From positions 377-64,376 of the forward strand of contig JBFFLX010000001.1 of NCBI GenBank assembly GCA_041554435.1: a DNA stretch of 64,000 bases, in the 5' to 3' direction. Under the pieces are notes generated by a model. It searched no databases and was not told where the DNA came from. It saw only the letters and a program-made list of their open reading frames with translations. Position 1 is the first letter of the stretch; each line of letters opens with the position of its first letter. The DNA comes from Bacteroidales bacterium. GTDB lineage: Bacteria; Bacteroidota; Bacteroidia; Bacteroidales; F082. Positions 20,255 to 28,443 of this stretch are shown here, piece by piece. A program made the translations under genes and the position numbers.

Positions 20255-22753
20255 TTAAATAATTAGTGTTTTATTTAATTCATCATCAAACGATTTAATG
20301 TAGTTTTCAATTCCTACTATATCAAAATGGTTTATTAAATCTGATAGTTCTTTTGAATAATTTATTAGTTGTTCATTGTTAAATTCATTTGCAATTTTTA
20401 TAAGCAGTTTATTAAAAGAATTAAAATGGTCAAACATATTCGACTCCTTGGCCATTTTAAATTCATTCTTCTGAAGGTCATATAACTTGTTTAATAAATC
20501 TCTGTCAAAAGTTTGAAAGTTCAATTTAAGTTCCGAATTTATTTTCGAATTATTATCGTAAGAGGATTCTCCATTTCCAATAATTTTGATGTGCTCGTTA
20601 GATTCAATTTTATCGGAATGTAGAATTTCAATATCATTGAATTCTAATATGAAAGTACTTCCTTGTCCTATCTTACTTTCCAGTTTAATATTGCCATTCA
20701 GAACTTCAACTAATTTTTTTACAATAGCCAATCCTAATCCCGTACCTTCAGTGTTGCTGGAGGATTCAATCTGATAAAATGATCTGAAGATATTTTTCTG
20801 TTCTTTTTCAGAAATTCCAATTCCATTATCTATTACTTTTATTATTAAATCAGTTGATTCCTTATTCTTGTTTTTTGCGGCAATATCCACTTCAATTAAT
20901 CCATTATCAGTAAACTTTATGGCGTTACTTATAATGTTAAGTAATATTTGTCTAAGTCGTAAATCATTGAAATTTATAGTGTTAGGAGTATTTTTATTAA
21001 TGTTGAATTTTAATTTGTTGTTTTTCTCTTTGGCTCTGTTTTCAAAAATTAAATTTAGTTCATCACATAGGCTTTTAATTTCCAAAGCTTTGTATTTAAC
21101 AAGAATTTTCCCGGCTTCTATTTTCGATAGGTCTAAAATATCATTAATAAGAACCAACAATATTTTTGATGAGACTTTAATATAATTTAAATAATGCTTT
21201 TGAACTTCACTTTTTAGTGTTTTTTCCAGTAATTCGGTAAAACCAATTACACCGTTTAAAGGTGTTCTTATTTCATGGCTCATATTAGCCAGAAATTCAC
21301 TTTTGATATTATTACTTTTTTCTGCCTCTTGCTTTGCCAAATATAAATCGTCGGCTAACTTTTTTAAGTTAAATCTGGCTCTTTCTATTTCTTCATTTTT
21401 CCTTTTCAGAATCCTATTCAACTTATTTTTTGATTCCAGATATATAGCCAGAAATGATATTGCTCCCATTGCAATTAAAAAAGCCGCAAAAATCAACCAT
21501 GAATATACTCTTTGTCTTTTTAATTCTAACTGATTGATTTTGGACTTTTGTTCCAACAATGAAATTAAATTTTCTTTTCTTTCACTTTCAAAACTAATTT
21601 TCAATCTCGCGATTTCCTTTTGCAGTGAGGAATTCATAATAGAGTCTCTATACATATTAAAAGTATCAGAATGCAATAGGGCAAGTTGATAATTTTTCTT
21701 TTGATAGTATGTATTTCGCAAACCTTTATGTGCATCTTTAATAGTTTCTTTTGCTCCTATTTTTTTTGCAATTACAAGACTTTTTTGGATAAAGTTATTT
21801 GCCAAATTTGTTTTGCCAAGTTTATAATTTATTAATCCTAAATGCAAATAATCCTGCGCCTGGAAAATTTTATCTCCATGATTTAGGTTAATGTTTAAGG
21901 CTATTTGATAATATTTTAAAGCTTGCTCGTATTCTCCTTCTTCTTCATAAACAGCCCCTAAATCCGAATAACAAATTCCTTGTCCTTTCAGGGATTTAAT
22001 TTTTTTGTTTAAATCCAGCGAAAGCCGATAGTATTCTTTCGCTTTTTTAAAATCTTTTTTCTGGAAATAAATATTCCCCAGATTATTCAGATTTATTGCT
22101 CTTCCAAGATCATCGCCACGCTCTTCTTCAATAGAATAACTCTGTTGGAAATATTTGAGGGCTTCATCCGGATTGCCAATAATAAGTTGGATATTTCCGA
22201 GGCTATTTATCGCTACAGCCTGACTCTTTTTGTTGTTTGTTAATTCGGCCAGAGTAAGTGCTTTTTGATGGTATTCAATGGCTTTCGTATAATCATCAAT
22301 TCTACGATACACAACTCCCAGATTATTGTTGAAAATAGATCCTAGTTCTTTGTTACCTGTTTTTTCAGATATTTCCAATGCAAACTGATGGAACATAATT
22401 GCCGTGGAGTATTCGCCATTATTTCTTTTTATAACCCCTAAATTGTCGGCGAGTTGAGATAAAAAATCAAGCATGCCTGTTTTTTCCGCCAATTCTCGTG
22501 CCCTATTAAGGTATTTCTGTTTCCTGAGTGTGGAATTAATATCACCGGAATCAATAGAAACAATGTTAATATAATCCAGAATTAATATGCTGTCTTTTGT
22601 CCTGGGATTATTTTCTTCTGTTAATATGCTGTCTGAAGTCGGGTATTCGTTATAAGTTCTCTGGCTTAACACATTAGAAAATGTGAATAAGTTTCCCCAA
22701 AAAATCAATAATACTACAAGTCTTATAATTAGCATATTAGTGGATAAAATCAA
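20255..22753 (-). CDS. TPR-repeat transmembrane sensor histidine kinase
   Basis: TPR repeats, TM helix [24 protein letters not shown]-box [15 protein letters not shown] and [10 protein letters not shown]. The C-terminal tail is homologous to that of the neighbouring kinase. Confidence 0.88.
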   Translation of the reverse strand: MILSTNMLIIRLVVLLIFWGNLFTFSNVLSQRTYNEYPTSDSILTEENNPRTKDSILILDYINIVSIDSGDINSTLRKQKYLNRARELAEKTGMLDFLSQLADNLGVIKRNNGEYSTAIMFHQFALEISEKTGNKELGSIFNNNLGVVYRRIDDYTKAIEYHQKALTLAELTNNKKSQAVAINSLGNIQLIIGNPDEALKYFQQSYSIEEERGDDLGRAINLNNLGNIYFQKKDFKKAKEYYRLSLDLNKKIKSLKGQGICYSDLGAVYEEEGEYEQALKYYQIALNINLNHGDKIFQAQDYLHLGLINYKLGKTNLANNFIQKSLVIAKKIGAKETIKDAHKGLRNTYYQKKNYQLALLHSDTFNMYRDSIMNSSLQKEIARLKISFESERKENLISLLEQKSKINQLELKRQRVYSWLIFAAFLIAMGAISFLAIYLESKNKLNRILKRKNEEIERARFNLKKLADDLYLAKQEAEKSNNIKSEFLANMSHEIRTPLNGVIGFTELLEKTLKSEVQKHYLNYIKVSSKILLVLINDILDLSKIEAGKILVKYKALEIKSLCDELNLIFENRAKEKNNKLKFNINKNTPNTINFNDLRLRQILLNIISNAIKFTDNGLIEVDIAAKNKNKESTDLIIKVIDNGIGISEKEQKNIFRSFYQIESSSNTEGTGLGLAIVKKLVEVLNGNIKLESKIGQGSTFILEFNDIEILHSDKIESNEHIKIIGNGESSYDNNSKINSELKLNFQTFDRDLLNKLYDLQKNEFKMAKESNMFDHFNSFNKLLIKIANEFNNEQLINYSKELSDLINHFDIVGIENYIKSFDDELNKTLII

Positions 22754-22819
22754 GCCCGCTTTGTCGGGAAATTTAAATGCTAATTTAAGAAAAATTAAAT
22801 AATATAATAATTTATTTTT

Positions 22820-24103
22820 CTATGCTAATATAGCAATTAATACCGGCTCGTCTCCACTATTGTCAATTTCAGTTATTATTGTTTTATAAAATGTGTTTTT
22901 AATAAATTCTTCGCCTTTAATTCTGATGGGGATGTAATTTTCGCCATGTCCATGAGCAAAACCTTTATCAGTTTTTTCCACCAAAACGGTTTGTTGTTTC
23001 CCTATGAAACTTTTGCGGTATTCGAGTCGGTGTTGCTCTGAGGCATTTCTAATTATTTCACTTCTTGCTGTTTTTATCCTGTCGGGAATATGATCAGGAA
23101 ATCTTTCTGCTCTGGTTCCTTTTCTTAATGAATATTTAAAAGTGTGAATATGACCAAACTTCACTTTTTTTATGAAATTTAAAGTTTCGTTAAATTCCTC
23201 CTCAGTTTCACCGGGAAAGCCCACAATTATATCTGTGGTTACATTAAATTCAGGGTACTTTCTTCTTACTCTTTCTATTAAAGTGCCAAACTCATCGGCT
23301 GTATACATTCGTCTCATGCGTTTTAGAATGTTTTCAGAACCGCTTTGAAGACAAATATGCATATGAGGAGTTAGTTTTGGGTTTTCAAACAAACGGAAAA
23401 AACTTTCGGAATAACCATCGGGTTCAATTGATGAAATTCTTACTCTGAAGTCACCCGGAATGTCTAATATTTTTTCCACTAAGGCTTCAAAATCCACGCC
23501 TTCGTATTCATATCTTCCCAGATTTACACCTGTTAAAACAACTTCTTTAAAGCCATAATCAATAACCTTTTTTATATTGCTAATTACCTCACTTACAGGC
23601 CTGCTTGTTGCTCGCCCCCTTACTTTTGGAATAATACAATATGTGCAAAACTGATTGCAGCCATCCTGTATTTTTATAAAACTTCGTGTGTGAAATGTAT
23701 CTTTTGCGGCTTCATAACCAAATAAATCTTTATCGTAGTTGTCGGGAGCAACAATTTCGCCTTTGGCATGCGCATCAATTATTGAAAATACTGATGTTTT
23801 ATGATCATTATCAATCACATAATCAACACCTTCTTTTTGTTGTAATTTTTCCTTATAATTTGTTGCCATGCATCCGGTTACAACTGTAATGGCATCTTTA
23901 TTTTTTTTGTTGGACCGGCTTATCTCCTGACGGGATTTGTGGTCGCTTTGGTTGGTAACAGTACAAGTATTAATGATATAAACATCAGCTTCATCATTAA
24001 AGTCAACTATATCGTAACCATTGGAAGAAAATTGAGAAACTATCGAATCGGTCTCAAAAATGTTAAGGCGACAACCAAGCGTTTTAAATGCAACTTTTTT
24101 CAT
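22820..24103 (-). CDS. mtaB: Radical-SAM methylthiotransferase, MtaB type (tRNA ms2t6A37)
   Basis: MTTase N-domain (FKTLGCRLNIFETD), radical SAM CNQFCTYC, and no long linker. The MtaB subtype call is from memory. Confidence 0.8.
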   Translation of the reverse strand: MKKVAFKTLGCRLNIFETDSIVSQFSSNGYDIVDFNDEADVYIINTCTVTNQSDHKSRQEISRSNKKNKDAITVVTGCMATNYKEKLQQKEGVDYVIDNDHKTSVFSIIDAHAKGEIVAPDNYDKDLFGYEAAKDTFHTRSFIKIQDGCNQFCTYCIIPKVRGRATSRPVSEVISNIKKVIDYGFKEVVLTGVNLGRYEYEGVDFEALVEKILDIPGDFRVRISSIEPDGYSESFFRLFENPKLTPHMHICLQSGSENILKRMRRMYTADEFGTLIERVRRKYPEFNVTTDIIVGFPGETEEEFNETLNFIKKVKFGHIHTFKYSLRKGTRAERFPDHIPDRIKTARSEIIRNASEQHRLEYRKSFIGKQQTVLVEKTDKGFAHGHGENYIPIRIKGEEFIKNTFYKTIITEIDNSGDEPVLIAILA

Positions 24104-24114
24104 ATGCCTTGTTA

Positions 24115-25536
24115 TTAGTTAAGCAAGATTCCTTCTGTGGAAAAAGGTACTGCCGATTCAACTTTTACTTTAACATATTGTCCAATTAAACCATCATCAT
24201 CCGATTTAAATCGAATAATTATTTTACCTTCGGTAAGAGCCGATAAATATTCCTGATTTCTGTCGCGTCCCCTAACTAAAACCTTATATGTATTTCCAAT
24301 CATTTTTTTATTGTAATCGTAGGAAGTTTTTACTAATTCCTCTGTTAATTCATGGAATCTTTCTTTTTTTATTTCTTTACTCACAGTGTCTTCCCATTTT
24401 GAACTTACTGCACCGGGTCGAGGTGAATACTGGGCAATATAGGCCATATTATATTTAAACTCACTCATTATACTTTTAGTGTTTTCAAATTGTTCATCAG
24501 TTTCGCCCGTGAAGCCAACAATTATGTCAGTAAAAATTGTTGCAGTTGGTAACATTCTTCTGATACTGTGAATAATTTGTCGGTATTTTTCCATCGAATG
24601 CTTACGGTTCATATTCTCTAGAACCTGATCATCGCCTGATTGAACAGGGATGTGGATTTGCTTTGCAAGACATTTATACTTTGCTATTACTTCCAAAACA
24701 TCATCATTCATATCCCGGGGGTGAGGGGAGGTGAAATATACCCAAAAATCTTTGCTGCTTTCTTCTCCGTATTTACCTATCTCCTCTAATAACTGAGCAA
24801 AATTTATTTCTTCGCCCTTCTTGTCGAGACCATAGGAATTAACATTCTGACCTAAAAGTGTAATCGATTTATAATCATTATCAACAAGTCGTTTTAGTTC
24901 TTTAATTATTTCCGATGAGGGACGCGATACTTCTCTTCCTCTGGTATAGGGTACTGCACAATAAGTACAAAATTTATCACATCCGTTTTGTATGGGAATA
25001 AAGGCTTCAAAGCCGGAACTATATTTGGGTGTAATACTCCAAAAATCTTCTATATTTTCGTTTTTAATTACTTTAGAAGGTTTGGGATTATTAATTTGAA
25101 CATCATTCAATTTGAATTCAGCAGGATTAACCGATTTGTTATTCTTCTCCAGATCCTGAAATCCTGCATCCAACGATTGTGTGCTTGCAGGGCTTACAAT
25201 ACCATACTGACTAATCATTTGTGGTAGTTCAGGCAAGTCGCTCATTTTGAAAACTAAATCAAATGTTTTTAAAAAGTTTTCCTTGTCGGCAGGTAAAACA
25301 CAACCGGATACAAATGTTAAGAGGTTCTTTTTCTTTTTCCATTTGTTCCATTTGCTAATTCTGGAATATACTTTATTAATACCCTTCTGTCGAACTGAAC
25401 ATGCAATTATTCCCAGCAAACTGGCCTCTTCTTCTACATCAGTCTCTTCAAAACCCATCTTATCAAGGATTTTTTGAACTCGTTCGCCATCAGAAATGTT
25501 CATCTGGCAACCTAACTGAATTATATGATATTTCAT
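24115..25536 (-). CDS. miaB: Radical-SAM methylthiotransferase, MiaB type (tRNA ms2i6A37)
   Basis: QLGCQMNISDGE, ACSVRQKGINKVYS, radical SAM CDKFCTYC and a C-terminal TRAM-like end YVKVKVESA. Confidence 0.78.
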   Translation of the reverse strand: MKYHIIQLGCQMNISDGERVQKILDKMGFEETDVEEEASLLGIIACSVRQKGINKVYSRISKWNKWKKKKNLLTFVSGCVLPADKENFLKTFDLVFKMSDLPELPQMISQYGIVSPASTQSLDAGFQDLEKNNKSVNPAEFKLNDVQINNPKPSKVIKNENIEDFWSITPKYSSGFEAFIPIQNGCDKFCTYCAVPYTRGREVSRPSSEIIKELKRLVDNDYKSITLLGQNVNSYGLDKKGEEINFAQLLEEIGKYGEESSKDFWVYFTSPHPRDMNDDVLEVIAKYKCLAKQIHIPVQSGDDQVLENMNRKHSMEKYRQIIHSIRRMLPTATIFTDIIVGFTGETDEQFENTKSIMSEFKYNMAYIAQYSPRPGAVSSKWEDTVSKEIKKERFHELTEELVKTSYDYNKKMIGNTYKVLVRGRDRNQEYLSALTEGKIIIRFKSDDDGLIGQYVKVKVESAVPFSTEGILLN

Positions 25537-25701
25537 TCTTACCTACTTTTTTATAATGTAAACGCCTGATTAAAAGATATTTGACTATTTACATATCCGG
25601 GTGGGCAAAAGTACATATTTTTATTTATAACCATTACAAATAATCTAATCAAAATGTTAAAAAAAGTGTTATTTTTATAATTATTTTTCAATGAGAAAAT
25701 T

Positions 25702-26199
25702 ATGGCAGAAAAAGGTAATGAAACAGAAAATCTTTCGAGGATTAAAGAAATTCTTTTTGGAGAGGATTTGACCAGTATAGATGAGAGATTAGAAAATTTT
25801 AAAAAAGAAAATGCAGTTGCTTTTCAGGATATTAAGGATTATTTCAATAAGCAAGCGGAAGGGCTTGAGAAACTAATAAATGAGAATCAAAAACATTTTG
25901 AAACCAATGTATTAAAAACCGAAAAACTTCAGGATAATTTTAAAGAAAAAGTTGAGCAGGATATTGCCAATATGCATCTTGAAATTAATAAGGAAAAGAC
26001 TGAGGTTCAAAAGATGATCCAAAATCTTGAGATCCAAAACGAAGAAAAATTTGAAGGCCTGATAAAAAATATAAATAATTCTGTAACTGAATTAAAAGAT
26101 CTCCTAAATAGTAAGTTTGATGAACTAAATGATAAAAAAACTGACTCTGCGGTAATAGCCGAATTATTCCAAACCATGGCTGATAAACTTAAAGCTTAA
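25702..26199 (+). CDS. Small coiled-coil protein, first gene of the GTPase operon
   Basis: 165 aa, K/E/N/Q-rich with heptad-like periodicity, and no TM helix or signal peptide. Confidence 0.6.
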   Translation: MAEKGNETENLSRIKEILFGEDLTSIDERLENFKKENAVAFQDIKDYFNKQAEGLEKLINENQKHFETNVLKTEKLQDNFKEKVEQDIANMHLEINKEKTEVQKMIQNLEIQNEEKFEGLIKNINNSVTELKDLLNSKFDELNDKKTDSAVIAELFQTMADKLKA

Positions 26200-26213
26200 C
26201 CAAAATAATTATA

Positions 26214-27950
26214 ATGACTTCTAAAGGTGATAATAAGGGAATATTTTCAGGTTTATCAGACATAAAGATGAATGAGTTACGCAAGATGATTATTGGCCTC
26301 GATAATGAGGACCTAAAGCGTCTTGCCTTATTTGTTAATGATCCGGAAGCATTTTCTGCAGAAATTAGTGAACTTCTGCCCAACAGCATAAAATTAATGC
26401 TTGAGAGCGGCAAAATTTCATACGATGAACTTGTTCCTGTTTTTGAGACAGTTCTTCAGGATAGTATTAAAAAAGATCCACAGAGTCTGGCAAAAATTCT
26501 ATTTCCAATTATGATGCCCGCAATTAGAAAGGCCGTTTCTGAGGATTTAAAGAAAATGCTTGACTCAATCAATTCAACACTGGAGCACAGTTTTTCACCA
26601 AAAAGGATAGGCTGGAGATTCCAGGCAATGTTTAGCGGTAAGTCCTATGCCGAAATTGTATTGTCCAATGCGTTTATATTCAGGGTAAAACAAGTTTTTC
26701 TTATACATAAAAAAAGTGGACTTCTCCTAAACGATGCCTTCGATAATTCTTTGTCGGTTACCAAAGATTCCGATATGGTATCTTCAATGCTAAGTGCCAT
26801 TAAAGATTTTGTTCAGGACTCTTTTGATGTGGACCAGAGTAATGAGTTGAATACTATTAATGTAGGTAAGTTTAATATTTGGATAGAACAAGGCCCTGAA
26901 GCAATTATTGCAACCATTGTTGAAGGTGATGCTCCAGCATATTTGAGAGAACAAATGAAAGATGCCATCGAAAAAATACATCTTAGATATTCTCTCGAAT
27001 TGAACAAATTTGAAGGAGATACTGCCGTGTTTGAAAAAACAAAGCCCTATCTCGAGGCTTGCTTACTTAGTGAACATAAAGAAAGTAAAAAACGAAAACC
27101 AATTACCATAATTGTAATCTTTATATTAATTATTCTGGGCCTGGGCTATTTATCCTACATTAGTATTGATAGATATTTAAGGATAAGTGATATGGAAGAT
27201 GCATTAAATAGTCAGCCGGGCATATTAATTACTGATGATGAAACTAATAATGGTAAACGGGTATTTATAGGTTTGCAGGATCCTCTGTCGGTTAACCCAT
27301 ATACGATTGCAAGTCAATATGGTTTTGATACTTCTAATGTGAGTTTTAACTTTAAAGGCTTTATATCACTTGATAATTCATTAGTATTAAAACGAGCTTA
27401 TTCCATTTTGAATCCTCCTGAAAAAGTTATATTGCGTATTGAAAACCAGACTCTATTTGTAAGTGGTGAGGCTGAAGAGGACTGGGTAAATATGGCAAAG
27501 TCAAAATATTACTCAATTCCAGGGATTGATAAACTCGATTTGTTGGAGTTAAATATATTAACCAGTAATACCATTATCGAAAAAAGAGAGTTTTCCTTAG
27601 AGGAATATTATTTTGAGTTTAAGTATTTGAAAGTAGAACTAACGGATAATCAAAAGATTAAGTTCGCAAATTTAATAAATGAGGTTAATCAGGTATTAGA
27701 CTTTAATTTCTCACAGGATTCAATACCTGTTATTGTGGTAATAGGACATACCAGTTACGAAGGTAATCCTGAAGCAAACAAAAAAGTAGCCTTTGATAGA
27801 GCTCAGGAATTTATAAACCTAATGATTAATGCAGATATTCCAATGGAAGTTCTGGTTCCGAAAACTGATTATGTGGAAGATATAGATTATAAGTATCCGG
27901 TTAGATCCGTATCATTTAAAGTTATTTATTCAAAACCTGAAGACTTATGA
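26214..27950 (+). CDS. Single-pass membrane protein with a cytoplasmic Roadblock/LC7-like segment and periplasmic BON-like and OmpA-like domains
   Basis: TM helix at residues ~296-316 after a KKRK stop-transfer. Residues ~152-257 (FIFRVKQVFLIHKKSGLLL...MVSSMLSAIKDFVQDSF...NIWIEQGPEAIIATIVEG) look Roadblock-like. C-terminal VVIGHTSYEGNPEANKKVAFDRAQEF is a degenerate OmpA-family motif. Confidence 0.65.
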   Translation: MTSKGDNKGIFSGLSDIKMNELRKMIIGLDNEDLKRLALFVNDPEAFSAEISELLPNSIKLMLESGKISYDELVPVFETVLQDSIKKDPQSLAKILFPIMMPAIRKAVSEDLKKMLDSINSTLEHSFSPKRIGWRFQAMFSGKSYAEIVLSNAFIFRVKQVFLIHKKSGLLLNDAFDNSLSVTKDSDMVSSMLSAIKDFVQDSFDVDQSNELNTINVGKFNIWIEQGPEAIIATIVEGDAPAYLREQMKDAIEKIHLRYSLELNKFEGDTAVFEKTKPYLEACLLSEHKESKKRKPITIIVIFILIILGLGYLSYISIDRYLRISDMEDALNSQPGILITDDETNNGKRVFIGLQDPLSVNPYTIASQYGFDTSNVSFNFKGFISLDNSLVLKRAYSILNPPEKVILRIENQTLFVSGEAEEDWVNMAKSKYYSIPGIDKLDLLELNILTSNTIIEKREFSLEEYYFEFKYLKVELTDNQKIKFANLINEVNQVLDFNFSQDSIPVIVVIGHTSYEGNPEANKKVAFDRAQEFINLMINADIPMEVLVPKTDYVEDIDYKYPVRSVSFKVIYSKPEDL

Positions 27951-28441
27951 TAAAAAAGAAAGTAGTAATGTTGGGTTCATTTGCTGTTGGTAAAACCAGT
28001 TTGGTACAGCAGTTTGTGAACAGTATTTTCTCAGAGAAATATCAAACTACTATTGGAGTTAAAATAGATCAGAAAACTGTGAATATTGATGGACAGGATA
28101 TAAATCTTCTTTTATGGGATATTCATGGAAACGATGATTATCAGAAAGTTAAGCCTGCTTATTTGATGGGATCATCGGGTTGTTTTATTGTTATTGATGG
28201 TACCCGCAGGGCAAGCCTGGATGTGGCAAACGAACTTATTGAAACAGTGAATAAAACTGTTCCTAAGGCTTCAGTAGTAGTATTGATAAATAAACTGGAC
28301 CTGAAGGATGATTGGGATATTAATGCCGATGATATTAGCGACTTTAAATCCAGAGGTTTTACGGTGATAGAAACAAGCGCAAAAACAAATAATGCAGTTG
28401 ATGAAGCATTTGATACTATTACTAAATTAATGATGAATTAA
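27947..28441 (+). CDS. Ras-superfamily (Rab/Rup-like) small GTPase
   Basis: G1 GSFAVGKT, G2 YQTTIGV, G3 WDIHG, G4 NKLD, G5 ETSAK. 164 aa. An ATGA start/stop overlap joins it to the upstream gene. Confidence 0.88.
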   Translation: MIKKKVVMLGSFAVGKTSLVQQFVNSIFSEKYQTTIGVKIDQKTVNIDGQDINLLLWDIHGNDDYQKVKPAYLMGSSGCFIVIDGTRRASLDVANELIETVNKTVPKASVVVLINKLDLKDDWDINADDISDFKSRGFTVIETSAKTNNAVDEAFDTITKLMMN

Positions 28442-28443
28442 GT

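Noticed and set aside
27947-28441. Possibility that the Rab-like GTPase is eukaryotic contamination or a recent eukaryote-to-bacterium transfer
   Set aside because: Its base composition and codon style match the neighbours. It has an ATGA overlap with the upstream bacterial-type membrane protein and sits 2 nt from a bacterial histidine kinase. It also lacks eukaryotic prenylation motifs.
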